Assembly (NCBI GenBank): GCA_002269645.1
Contig: NIVC01001673.1
Coordinates: 186,001 to 250,000, forward strand
From: Macrostomum lignano
Taxonomy: Eukaryota
Direction of reading: 5' to 3'
DNA: 64,000 nt
A model generated the notes under the pieces. The model was not told the origin of the DNA, searched no databases, and was given only the letters and a program-made list of their open reading frames with translations. This document shows positions 38,241 through 51,515 of this stretch, in pieces (the first letter of the stretch is position 1; the number at the start of each line of letters is the position of its first letter). Position numbers and translations under genes: made by a program.

Positions 38241-39102
38241 CCGGCGTTTGGTTTCCTAGCAAGAATTGCTTTGGTGCTACGACCGAGTAATCCTGCGAGT
38301 TTGAACAGCTGCAAAATTCCATCGTTTTACAACTTTGAATTATTAATTTTTTAATAACTTTTTTAAATAAGAGATGCTTATGAATATTTCACGTAGATAT
38401 TTTTATCTGACCAAACCGACTGGAATCAATAGCCGGTCAAACAAGTTGATTAGAAACGCCGAGCCATCCTACCCAGCTTTTGAGCTTTATTCCCTATTTT
38501 GCTTAGAACTGCAATTCGTTCAGTTAAAAACATGCTAAGATGAACGCCAAGTCGGTTCACACTAAGCAGGCGGATAGACTGGGATGTCTCGGCGTTTCTA
38601 GTCGACTGGTCCGGTCAGCTAAGCCAGATATCTATTCCAGACGCTCTGGTCCGCTGCCGTGTTTTGGGTTCCATTCCAGCGCTTACGCTGCTGACATCCC
38701 TTTAAAGGCAGTTGCAGCACAAACTTCATGTACCCGCAGCTATTCTACTTCAGCCTTACCATGAAGTACCACAGCCTTACTGTCAAGCAGTCTTTAACAG
38801 AGCAAGCTGGAGTGGAAATCCATCTGGAATCCGGAATCCAGAATCTGGATTTTGTATTTAATGGGGGTCATTTTGTGTATATTTTATTACCTGTGATTAT
38901 TCCAATATCTTCATTTCCAAAAGTTTGAGTTTCATTCATTGTTCTGTTCAAATACATTTTGCTCTGTTCTGTTGAGGATTCAATGTTAGTTTAGAGACCA
39001 ACTTTGAAAGGTTTCCGTATTTCCAATCCACCCGGACGAAACAAGTTTTTTTCTCATTTTGGTTGCGTATTGGGCTATAATGACGGAACACCCTCGGTAA
39101 CT

Positions 39103-41601
39103 GGGTCTATGAAATTTGCTAGCAGGAAATCTGCTAGCCGAAGTTTGCTAGCGAGAAATTTGCTTGCCGAAATGTGCTAGCCGAAATGTGCTAGCCGAAA
39201 TGTGCTAGCCGAAATGTGCTAGCCGAAATGTGCTAGCCGAAATGTGCTAGCCGAAATGTGCTAGCCGAAATGTGCTAGCCGAAATGTGCTAGCCGAAATG
39301 TGCTAGCCGAAATGTGCTAGCCGAAATGTGCTAGCCGAAATGTGCTAGCCGAAATGTGCTAGCCGAAATGTGCTAGCCGAAATGTGCTAGCCGAAATGTG
39401 CTAGCCGAAATGTGCTAGCCGAAATGTGCTAGCCGAAATGTGCTAGCCGAAGTTTGCTAGCCGAAGTTTGCTAGCCATCCGCTAGCCGAAATCTGCTAGC
39501 CGAAATGTGCTAGCCGAAATTTGCTAGCCGAAATCTGCTAGCGATAATCTAACCAAAACCGGCGAGCAGCAATTTACGAAGTTGTAATTTGCTAGAGACA
39601 TTTTTTCTTGTCCAATTTCGCAAGAAACTTTGCAGGACTTATCATGCATGACAAATAAATTTGCGTTTTTCGCTCTAATGACTCTCTTTGTCGTGCTTAT
39701 TAGCAGTGATCTGCAAATTGCAATATATAATAATAATTGCAGCCTGCATTGTTGTATCGTAATATAATGCAATTAAAAATTACTAAATCAGAAATTTCTT
39801 TGTAGCTAGCACTCGTATGACAAGAAGTTGTTTTGTTTTCCCGCTCTCGGTAGTCAGAGTAAATTAAGAAGGCAATCTGTTGTGGGGACGACTTAATCTG
39901 GACGACTTAATCTGCCACCTAGCCTTCGCCGTGGGTTCTCGTACATGTACGTGTTAAAACGCAATCAGTAGATGACGTCATAGACAAAAAGAAAATAAGA
40001 TTTAGGTTTTAACGTAGGTGGATTAACGTAGGGCCAAACCCATAGAGTTGTAATGAGCAAAGGCAGCGCTAAAGAATAAATAAAAAAGAACGAAAGAAGG
40101 CGAAGTAAGCCGCGAGAGCATGCAGCTTGATTGTCAAGTGAAAGTGATTCAATAATCGACTCCGAGCTAACACTATTGAATAAAGTAAATATATTGCATC
40201 CATGATCACAGGGTAAGAGCTTGTGGGCCACACCTGCATAGAGTTTTTGCTTGCTTGTACACAGTGCCGTAAGCGATGGAAAATATCTATACATTAACAA
40301 TACATATAGCTATAGTAAATTGTACCTTGGACAATTTGTAAATTGTATGCTAAAGTACTGTATATGCTAAAACTGCACTTGGAAATCGTCAAAATCATTT
40401 ATATTTTTTGTCCTATTTTACTCGTAGACATTTGATGTTTTAGCATTATCAGCTGTAAGGCCGTAGTTTAGGTAGCTCAGGCAGCTGTAGTTCAGGTAGT
40501 TAAATTTAAACTTATCTATACACACAACTTTCAGTCTTAATGGCTGATAGTGGCAGTATATGGTATATAAGTTATATATTTACTCGTACGAATCAAAGCA
40601 GCTCAAATCGGAATCAAAACACAGCAAACAACATGCAACAGCTACGAGAGCAAGGCAGCTAGCAAAATCCTCGCTAGCAAAATTCCTGCTAGCAAACTTC
40701 AGCTAGCAAACTTCGGCTAGCAAACTTCGGCTAGCACATTTCGGCTAGCACATTTCGGCTAGCACATTTCGGCTAGCACATTTCGGCTAGCAGATTTCGG
40801 CTAGCACACTTCGGCTAGCAAACTTCGGCTAGCACATTTCGGCTAGCACATTTCGGCTAGCACATTTCGGCTAGCACATTTCGGCTAGCACATTTCGGCT
40901 AGCACATTTCGGCTAGCACATTTCGGCTAGCACATTTCGGCTAGCACATTTCGGCTAGCACATTTCGGCTAGCACATTTCGGCTAGCACATTTCGGCTAG
41001 CACATTTCGGCTAGCACATTTCGGCTAGCACATTTCGGCTAGCACATTTCGGCTAGCACATTTCGGCTAGCACATTTCGGCTAGCACATTTCGGCTAGCA
41101 CATTTCGGCTAGCACATTTCGGCTAGCACATTTCGGCTAGCAGATTTCGGCTAGCACATTTCGGCTGGCAAACTTTGGCTAGCAGATTTCGGCTAGCACA
41201 TTTCGGCTAGCACATTTCGGCTAGCACATTTCGGCTAGCACATTTCGGCTAGCACATTTCGGCTAGCACATTTCGGCTAGCACATTTCGGCTAGCACATT
41301 TCGGCTAGCACATTTCGGCTAGCACATTTCGGCTAGCACATTTCGGCTAGCACATTTCGGCTAGCACATTTCGGCTAGCACATTTCGGCTAGCACATTTC
41401 GGCTAGCACATTTCGGCTAGCACATTTCGGCTAGCACATTTCGGCTAGCACATTTCGGCTAGCACATTTCGGCTAGCACATTTCGGCTAGCACATTTCGG
41501 CTAGCACATTTCGGCTAGCACATTTCGGCTAGCACATTTCGGCTAGCACATTTCGGCTAGCACATTTCGGCTAGCACATTTCGGCTAGCAGATCTCGTAC
41601 T
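39103..41601. mobile_element. Foldback-like non-autonomous insertion with inverted arrays of a 14-bp unit and a 12-bp flanking direct repeat
   Basis: ccctcggtaact at 39091-39102 and 41602-41613, single copy at the empty site 8108-8119. (gctagccgaaatgt)n at about 39113-39543 and its reverse complement at about 40660-41590. AT-rich non-coding core of about 1.1 kb. Confidence 0.85.
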
Positions 41602-42984
41602 CCCTCGGTAACTATATATTAAAGGTACACTACAGAACGTTACCTCTGCTTCCCTTTTGTTTTGTAAGATTATTCGCGTTAGTTGGTCCTTCAAGATTGT
41701 TCAGTGAGTACTCTCTGACCTCAACATACCCCATCTGGCCCTGACTCTCAGCAAACGCTTCACAATGGCTGATGTTTATCTAACTCTTTCTAACAGTGTG
41801 CCGTTTCTGCTTTTGATTTTAATATGGATTTTACCTATCAGTGAAGTATCCTGTTTTTATCATTCTTTTCAAAGTCATTCTCTTATGATTCTAACAATTT
41901 TTCAAAAAAAAAATTGGTTTCGGCCAGTTTTTCGTACCCCTGAGGCTCCTCAGCAGCCCCCCCCCCCAGTTGCTTGTTATTCTGCATCCTCTTTGATAAA
42001 GCTTGTTTATCATCACAATATTGTCACTTATTGCGCTGATCATCGAAAAATCAGACTGCTTTAACCGATTTGCATAGTTTTATAACTGAAATCCTGCACT
42101 GGGAAATCTCCCCTGTAAATAAGAGACGTGACGTGAACCCTCAAAGAATAGATATCGGTGCAGGAGCCGTGAAATGTGCTAATTAGTTCTAAAAAAGGCA
42201 TGCTGAAGGATTAGAAAGGGCCATCTGCCTGTCGGCATCGCCGACAATCGGCCGCAATCCGGGAGCCCAGCTACTGACAGAAACCATTCCAGCGCCATTC
42301 CGTTGTACTCCAACTTCGCAGCTCACCCTGCGAGACGCTTGAGACTTTTCACCAGCACCGCGACAACCAGTATAGCCCACTCACCAAATATCGCAGCTCT
42401 GGCAACTCACTCATGGTGAAGATGAAGATGTATAAGGATGATAATCAACTGTCATTTAGGGACTATCGTAGGAACAATTAGGAATAGGACTTAGGTTTAG
42501 GTTAGGAAATTAGGGAATTGCATTGTTATCAGAGCGTGGTGGAGTGTAGCACTTGAAGCCAAAAGTTGAAAGAATTTTTTAAGGCAACAAAATCTGGCAA
42601 CTGCGCATTTGGAAACTCAGCTATGCAGTGCTTTGAGTTGGGTGCGGCACTTGGGAATATTAGTCAGTGATAATGTTTTTGTTCCTTATGGGTGAGACAA
42701 GCCTGACTTCTACAGAGCCTTTCCTGCACAGCCGGCAACACCGAGCCCATAATGTCGACCAGAACGGTTCCCGAAGATTGGTCCGCTTGCTGACTTTTGG
42801 AATTAAAACTTCAAGAGTTTAGAATTGTTTTATGCCTTGCCTTATTGGCAGTTATTGAACTATTACGCAGATTTTGCGAGTTTGCTACTTTGCTATTTTG
42901 CTAGCAATGGTATCGCTTTAATGTACGTTTGCTCTCTATGTACATCGCTAGTACAGCTTGCATAAATATAGAGAGTATTGCCCC

Positions 42985-43590
42985 TGAATGGATTCAGGCT
43001 TCGGGAACGGATTCAGGCTTCATGAATGGATTCAGGCTTCGGGAACAGATTCAGGCTTCATGAATGGATTCAGGCTTCGAGAACGGATTCAGGCTTCGGG
43101 AACGGATTCAGGCTTCATGAATGGATTCAGGCTTCGGGAACAGATTCAGGCTTCATGAATGGATTCAGGCTTCAGGAATGGATTCAGGCTTCAGGAACGG
43201 ATTCAGGCTTCAGGAATGGATTCAGGCTTCAGGAACGGATTCAGGCTTCAGGAATGGATTCAGGCTTCAGGAATGGATTCAGGCTTCAGGAATGGATTCA
43301 GGCTTCAGGAATGGATTCAGGCTTCAGGAATGGATTCAGGCTTCAGGAATGGATTCAGGCTTCAGGAATGGATTCAGGCTTCAGTAATGGATTCAGGCTT
43401 CAGGAACGGATTCAGGCTTCAGGAACGGATTCAGGGTTCAGTAACGGATTCAGGCTTCAGGAACGGATTCAGGCTTCAGGAACGGATTCAGGCTTCAGGA
43501 ATGGATTCAGGCTTCAGGAACGGATTCAGGCTTCAGGAACGGATTCAGGCTTCAGGAATGGATTCAGGCTTCAGGAACGGATTCAGGCTT
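42985..43590. repeat. 19-bp minisatellite, mirror copy, about 32 units
   Basis: Seen directly. Confidence 0.97.
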
Positions 43591-44353
43591 TGGCAACAAG
43601 AGATTACCTAACTGAGCTGCAAACTCATCGCACACCAGTTGGAAGTTCTATTCAACAATCTATGCACGCATTTTCAGATGATTCACTACAAATATTTTCT
43701 TACTACTCATTAGTAGGCGATTGAGCGCGAAAAGTCTGCACTTTTTAATTGGTACGAGTATTTCAATTTGTAACCACGTCACGCCCTGAATTTAGAAAAC
43801 CGATGTTTAAGGGTTAATTCTTTTGCGCTCAGGGCCAACACCGACTTCAAGCTAACCAGAACTATGGAATCCAGTTAGGTTACAGGTGAGGCAGGCCAAC
43901 ATCTGGACTCAGGGGCTTTGACAGCGGGCTGGCAAAAGTATATGGTGCCGCTGACGCCAGCGCCCTTTTAAACAAAATGGCGTCAATTCAAACAAATTTG
44001 CGCTGATTCTAACAAAATTCGCCCTTTTAGACAAAGTGGCGTCAATTCAAACAAATTTGCGCCGATTCTAACAAAATTCGCCCTTTCAAACAAAATGGCG
44101 ATCGTGTAAGAAAAATGCCCCTCATCAAATCAACTAATGCCTCATCAGATTAATTAACCACGCTTCATTAACGCAAATAGCGCTCATCCACAAACATTAG
44201 CCTCCCAAATAACCAGCTGCATAGCAAATACGCCCTGTTTGAATAAAAAAATAACTTTTATTGCTTTCAGTCAAGTGCAAATTTTCTACTGCAAAGATTT
44301 CGGACAGCGCTGTCCAATAGAAGTGTCAGCCAGTCGGTCAGGGCTGCCCAGTT

Positions 44354-46008
44354 TCAATGACTCATCAGCTGACTGAGCAGCACCAGCAAAACTTGGAGAG
44401 TCAGCGCGCTGCCACCTGGACACCCAAGCGGCAACGACGCACCGGACGGGAGCTCCGGCTCAATGGGAGTGCAGGCCTTGGCGTCCGCAGCCAGCAGGTC
44501 CTGCAGCAGCTGCAGTCCAATCTCCGGCCGCTCAGTCACCACGGAGTGTCCGGCACCGATCACCGTCCGGTACCTGATCCGGCCGCCCAGGTAGGACCTC
44601 TGGACGCCTCCGATCTGCAGTCCGAAGCCCGGCGCCCGCATCGAGTAGAGCCAGGCGCCCTCGCCCTCGCGCAACGGATCCACGGGCAGCCGGTCCAGCA
44701 GCTGCTGCGTGCACCCCAGAGGCAGCATCCAGTCCAGGGCCCCGTGGTACAGCAGCACCGACACGCAGCTGCTGGCAGCTGTCACCAGCTGCTGCAGAAC
44801 ATCTTTGTTTCTTCTTTGATAGTGTCCGGTTATCAGGACATTGCACAAGCTGTAGTTCACCTGGCCGCTCACGCCAAGAGCTCTCTGCACTCTGATGTCA
44901 GCCATGAAGCTGCTCAGGCCCGTCGTGTTCGAGCAGGGGTAGCCGCCACTTTCGCTGCTCAAGAAGCAGGGCTGCGCCAGGTTGTAAGGGTTCACTTGTG
45001 CCGCCTCCGAGCTCTGCGGGTGCATCGGTAGGCTTAGCCAGTCAGCCAGCTCGCAGAGGGGCTTCAGTGAGAGCCCAACTGCAGCCAGTGAGGAAGGCAG
45101 CAGTCATGCTCATCCCGCTAAGCCCTGAGCACTCATACGGATACGTACGGAGGCGCACACTCGACAAGGGTGCATTGTCATGGTCCGCGCCCACAAGGGT
45201 TGGCCCTCATAGGCGCGAATCTCAAAGCAATCTCCGAGTCAGTTTCCGTGCACGAGTCCCGAATTAACTGCTGGAATTAATTGCCGGAACTCACCAGATC
45301 GATGAGGTTGACCTCATCAGACCGAATGCCCAGCGCCTTCGTGACTGCTTCGCGATACGGCGACATGTCAAAGTCGTTGATTGCAACGTGCAGGCCGTTG
45401 CCCACGGCGATGCCCTTCAGGTTGATGAGGCTGGGCCAATGCCCGCCGTCGATGATGGCGCTGGCCAGCAACGGGATGTAGATCCCCGCGTAGCTCTCTC
45501 CCGCGATGTAGAAGGCCCGGCCTCGGTACTCGGGGAACAGGCTGTAGAAGTGGAGCAGCGCTCCCAGGTTCAGCCGCGTGGTCGCGTTATCGTTGAGCTC
45601 GGACGGGTCGGTGGGTCCGGGCTCGCTCAGGCCGACACCGCTGGGCGAGTCGATGTACAGCACGTTGGCCAGCCGGTTCCACGCGAAGTCGTTGCGCTCC
45701 AGCTCGGCGCGGTCGTTCGCCAGGAACGGCCCGTTCGTCATGAGCAGGCCGCCGACCGAGGAGCAGCCGGGACCGCCGTTCATCCACAGCACGAGCGGAG
45801 CCGTCGCGGCGTCCACGTGGGAGCTCTCGACCAGCCAGTAGAAGAGGCGCCGGCTGCCGCCGCTGCCGCTGCTGGAGGTCAGGTAGCCCGAGTACTGGGT
45901 GAAGTTCGGGCGGAACAGCAGCCGCGGCAGCTCCTCGACGCGGCGTCTCTGGCACTCGGCGAGCGCGCAGCAGCAGAGGCAGAGCGCCAGAGTCAGAACG
46001 GGCCGCAT
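44354..46008 (-). CDS. Serine carboxypeptidase 1, right copy; exons 46008-45295 and 45013-44354
   Basis: Mirror of 3803-5457 with the canonical AGESYAG and a few amino-acid differences. Confidence 0.92.
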
Positions 46009-46415
46009 GGTTGCTTGCAGCAACACCTCGGCTCAGGTGCGTAAGCCCTAGCGCGTCGACATTCTTGTGACCACTTTTATACGCTAAATTGGCGCACTCG
46101 CGGACATGCATATTCACGAGTACAATATATTCCATAGGCACCCCACTGGCTGTTGGAGCGAATTCACTATAAACAAACAGCTCTGCAGCCATGTAGAAAT
46201 TTGCACTGCATCAGTGAAATTTGGCACCATTGCTGCAAGGTTTAAAAGAGTTTTTGGTCAGAAAAGATGCTTCTGTTGGCTGCTTATCTCGAGCTGGCGA
46301 TCTCGTTCTCTGTCTCTCAAGCAGTTGCGTAAACAGTTTAGCAATGTCTTAGTAATAGTGCTGAAAGGGGTAAAGTGCTTGCAACTTGTGGCTCTTTTGA
46401 CTGCCCGTATAGCGG

Positions 46416-46620
<205 letters not shown>

Positions 46621-48019
46621 GTCTGATTCAACGATCTCTAGACTTAAAGGCTCCGCTCCCAGAGCAGACGGTCAGTTCCCCATCCCGTAATGGCAGTTTT
46701 GGATGGCCCCCCGCTGTGAGGACTTCGCAACAGCAGGTTTTCCCGGTTTTAATTTACTTCAGTTGCCAACTGAATTTTAGGAACCAGTGTTCATTGTGTG
46801 CGGCTGGTTTTACTTTTACTTGAACAAAGCGATTGCAAGCAACTCTGACCATCTGCTTACAGTAACGGAGCAAAAACACAGCAATTAACCATCAACCCCT
46901 ATTGCGAGCGGACGAATCAAGTCTAGCCATTTGGGTATTAACAAATTTGACACAGTCAAAGCTGTCAGGGTTAAAATCTAATTCCGATGCAATGGCTGAC
47001 ATCTAAGAGTCATACAGCAGGTACCCGGCAGGTGTCAGCGTCCACAAGCCAAGAATGAATTTTCACCCTGTTCCGTTGAATCCTGGTGAAAGCGCACACG
47101 TGGATCTCCACATTGTTGCTTAGTAGCAAGGTTCGGACTCAGTCTTCTGCCAACCTGAGCCCCTACTCGGCAAGTGGCTGAGCACCCATTTTCTGGTGAG
47201 CTTGCAGACATCGGATTTTCTGAGCTCCTTCTTTCCTGGGGTGATTAAGCCGCGAGATGAATGCCGGCAGAGACAATGGCGCTCGGGTGATTGACTCGCG
47301 CCCAGCCCAGCAGCTTAGAGGCCGATCCCAGCTGAGCTCGGGCGTGGATCAATCGATCAGCCGAGCTCGAGGACATTAAAGTCGGGCGATTCCGACCGGC
47401 CCGGTCCCGCGGGGCCTGAGATCTCTGCCGCCTCCTGAGCAGAGCGGGCCGCGGCCAAGACAGCCCGGAGAGATTTTCTCTATTAAAGGCGCGGCACCGC
47501 TGCAGGTGAGCTGTTGACTACTCTCTATTAAAGAGGGAGGCACTTAATCCTCTACCCCCCACTCCGGTTCGAAAGACCGGCCAAAAAGTCGAATAGGAGA
47601 TTGGGAACAGTTGGATAATCTTCTTCCTCCCTGGACAAGGCGCCGCCTGCCGCCCCGCATGGACCGCCGACCCAGATGGGAGATTGGGCACCCACCTGAG
47701 CCTCCTGGAAGTCTTGAGAAAGAGAATCTGGAGAGCCAACTCGTGTTCAAATTCCCATTGTGCATGCAGATTGGGACTGCAGAAGATTCAGAGTAATCTG
47801 GCTTAAGCTGTTTATTAAATAATTTTTTGCATCAAAAACATTTCCACCAGTGCAAAAATATTTCAGTTTAGTTATTGTTTTTTCCCCAAATTTCTGCAGA
47901 CTCTGGTAAAGGCTCCTAAAAGGGAGCGGACTCTGAGCTCTACCGCAGATCCCCTTGCGGCTTGGCCGCTGGTCTCGGGGACGCCCGGGATTCGATCCGC
48001 AGCCGCAATCAAGTCGGGG

Positions 48020-48085
48020 CTCTCCTATTGGCCGAGAGGGGCCCGACTCTCCCGGACTCAAATCGAGAGCCAATTTATACGGCCC
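48020..48085 (+). promoter_or_regulatory. Candidate Olig proximal promoter (ATTGG, CCAAT and a TTTATA-like element)
   Basis: ATTGG at 48027-48031, CCAAT at 48070-48074 and TTTATA at 48074-48079, 100-150 bp upstream of the ATG. Retained in the left copy (about 1575-1630). Motif-only evidence. Confidence 0.3.
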
Positions 48086-48174
48086 GAACCGGAACAACTG
48101 GTTGAGATCGGCAGGGCTGAGACACTGCTCAGAAGTAGCTTGTGCTTCAGAAGTCCCGACAATCCGCAACGAAA

Positions 48175-49112
48175 ATGGCTGGGCGCGCAGCGGCAGCGAG
48201 CCTGCAGCAGGCATTCGAGCAGCAGAAGCAGCAGCTGCGGCGCCTCGGACTCGAACCTGCGCACTCCGGCGAAGACGAAGAAGAGGAGGAGGCGGCAGCG
48301 GAGCGCCGGGACGAGGAGATGCCGGGCGGCGCGAGCGGAGGTGGCAAGAAGACCGAAGGCAGGGAGCTGAGGTGAGTCTGAGAAGCTTCGAGTCTGATGC
48401 TGCATCATTCGAGATGCTGTATTTACATGTATATCAATCATATCATGCCGCCGGACCCCCCGTCAGGCTGAAAATCAACAGCCGCGAGCGCAAGCGGATG
48501 CACGACCTGAACTCGGCGCTGGACGGCCTCCGGGAGGTGATCCCGTACGCCACGGGGCCGTCAGTGAAGAAGCTGTCGAAGATCGCCACCCTCCTGTTGG
48601 CCAAGAACTACATCCTGATGCTGCAGAGCTCGCTTGATGAGATGAAGAAGCTGCTGTCAGAGGTCTACAAGCACCGGGGCGGCAGCGGCGGCGGGACTGG
48701 GGAGTCACCGCGGTCGACGCCAACTTCGCCGTCCGACTTGACGACTCCAGCCGCAGCAGCCGGGGCACCCGCAGTGACAGCGGCGCCACCGCCGCCGCCA
48801 CCAGCGCCGACAACGTCAGCGACACCAATGCCTTCGACGCCCACCCCGGCGATGCTGCTGCCGCAGCCGCCAGCGATGCCGACGCACTCGCAGCAGCAGC
48901 AGCAGCCGTTTGCCGGAGGCCTGTTCCCACCGCACCTGCTGTACCAGCAGCACCCGCTGCACTGCTGGTGCCCGGACTGCTCGCTGCAGCGCCATCACCT
49001 GCGACAGGCGGCTGCAGCTGCCGCGGCCGTGGCTGCCGCCGCTGCGACAGCCGCGCCGTCTTCGGCCAGTGCAGCGGGCGGCAAAGCAACCGGAAGCTGC
49101 TTCAGCGACTGA
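48175..49112 (+). CDS. Olig: Olig-class bHLH transcription factor, right copy; exons 48175-48371 and 48467-49112
   Basis: ATG at 48175, donor GTGAGT at 48372, acceptor CAG ending 48466. The split Arg codon AG|G restores the basic region. Confidence 0.9.
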
Positions 49113-50808
49113 CAGGCAACTGCGGCTCGTGTAGTCTCGAAGGCTTTTGACTGAATGAACCAATCGAATAAACTGCTACTTGTGCAGCGCATATTCTGCT
49201 GTGTTGTGAATTTTCATGCACTAATAATACAGGCTAATGTTTAACTTGACTCTCCCGGCACTTTCTTGTCTGCATGTCAGTTTTGACACCTTATGCATCT
49301 ACAGTTTTGTAGAAACTTACTTCTAAGTCACTCACTGCAGTAGCGCATTGGCACTAATGGCAACGAACTGCTGGCTCTGAGCTAGCACAGCTTTGCCTGT
49401 CAATAACAGCTTAAATATAAATAAGACAAAGCATTGCACCTACACCTGCTCCACTGAAGCCCTTTCAAAATAAGACTTTCAAATTTCTTTCAAAATGAAA
49501 TATTGCTGTCTTTTGCTCATTTTCCACTGAACAGGTTAGTCGTCATTTGCAACAATGATATTCTCTAATTTGCAACAGAAACTTCGGGGTACAACCAAGG
49601 TACCTGATATGAGTGGAGAAGGTACCTGAGAAAAAAAGAAAATACTACGTTTACGGTACTACGGTACGGCTGTTAGTCGGTGAGTAAACCGCTAGAGGGA
49701 ACTCATTGACCAGCCCTCGGGCTCAAAGCAGTGCTAATTGCAGTCATTCGCAAGTGAACAGTGCGGCTAATCCTCCAGTTCAAGACTCGCTGACCCGGGG
49801 GACTCGCATCTCTCAAGTGTCAAAACAGCGCGCCGAGGCTAATTAAACTGCCTTGAGGATAATACAGCCGCCGGGGACCCTCGAGTGCTGGGCGGACCGC
49901 CCGCTGCGCCTCGCCTCTCGGAACTTTCTCCCCTCGCCTTTCAAACAGGCGAGTCCGAATCCCCCGCTATCCGTCCGGACGGCAGGGCGGACAGACGGCG
50001 GGTGGACGCCGGTCTGTTTGCAAACTGATTAGTCTGAATGACGCGGGCCTGAGAGCTGCTCAGCAGACGCGAGAGCTGGCTAGGAACCAGGGCGGGTCGG
50101 GACCTCCGCGACCCCCGCCACCGCTGCGATCTCCAGCACACTGCAGGCACGGCCGGCCCAATTAAAGTGTGTAGCGTGAGGCGGCCGGCCCCGCGCTGAG
50201 CTCGCAGCGGGGGGCCAACAGGAGCCACCCGGCGGCGATTAAAATTGGGCCATCGAGCGGCCAATCTGGACGAACCGGCTTCGCCCGCTCAGCGAGAGTG
50301 GCCAGCAAGATTAAAAGCAAGCATTTCATTTCTACCTTTCAGAGCTTCCGGCCCGCTGCCTCACTTCAAAGAGGATGCAGCAAATACAGTAGGGCACCGA
50401 TCTTTGTTGCTGGCTGACCCCTGGAGTTCACCACAAAGACTTTTAGAGCTCGAATTTGAAGTCAGGAAGCAAACAGGCCACAATGAAAGGGAATTCGCTG
50501 ACATATGCGTTTGAGCAAATGCAGCTTAGCGAGCGAAACCGCATGGCAACTCGGACTGCCTAAAATATAAGAACTGTTGGTCCCCGCTCACACACCCGGG
50601 CTCCACTGAAGCATTGCTGATCGCTTATTATGGTCACTTGGATTCAATGGCGGCTCGCATTGAGCGGGAGATGCCATGACTGAGCGAGTGCTCCGTGTGG
50701 CAAAAGCAAGGCAGAGGTTTCAATGGAAGAAATATCACGTAAACTAAAATACCAATATTCATATTTTTGTTTCGTAGAAACGTTCCGCTTGTTGACTCAA
50801 TGTCGCCC

Positions 50809-51335
50809 CATAAACTGACTCAGTGACTTAATGATCGCCTCATAAACTGACTCAGTGACTTAATGATCGCCTCATAAACTGACTCAGTGACTCAATGATC
50901 GCCCCATAAACTGACTCAGTGACTCAATGATCGCCCCATAAACTGACTCAGTGACTCAATGATCGCCCCATAAACTGACTCAGTGACTCAATGATCACCT
51001 CATAAACTGACTCAGTGACTCAATGATCGCCTCATAAACTGACTCAGTGACTGAATAATCGCCGCATAAACTGACTCAGTGACTCAATGATCGCCTCATA
51101 AACTGACTCAGTGACTCAATGATCGCCTCATAAACTGACTCAGTGACTCAATAATCGCCCCATAAACTGACTCAGTGACTCAATGATCGCCTCATAAACT
51201 GACTCAGTGACTTGAAAATCGCCCCATTAACTGACTCAGTGACTCAATGATCGCCTCATAAACTGACTCAGTGACTTGAAAATCGCCCCATAAACTGACT
51301 CAGTGACTCAATGATCGCCCCATAAACTTACTCAG
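50809..51335. repeat. 32-bp minisatellite (cataaactgactcagtgactcaatgatcgcc[c/t]), about 16-17 units
   Basis: Seen directly. Most units contain TGACTCA twice. Confidence 0.96.
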
Positions 51336-51515
51336 TGATTGCTAAATAACAAAACAAAGTAAAAGCAGAGAAAGATTTCGCATAAGATTTTTGTATCCAA
51401 TTAGACTGAGCCAGTTGAACAAAGCAGAGTCAGTGTATTTGGCTCAGCCTGACAATTTTTTTGTCACAGAGCGGCACACAAACAGTTCCGGGTTTCTGCA
51501 ATGCAAATTCAATTC

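Noticed and set aside
39965-40300. ORF in the foldback element core as a transposase
   Set aside because: 111 aa, non-ATG start and no DDE or zinc-finger motif.
47955-49112. 385-aa unspliced Olig ORF
   Set aside because: It starts at a non-ATG codon and reads through the intron. That frame is not kept in the left copy (94- vs 95-bp intron), and the spliced model restores the ELRLKIN motif.
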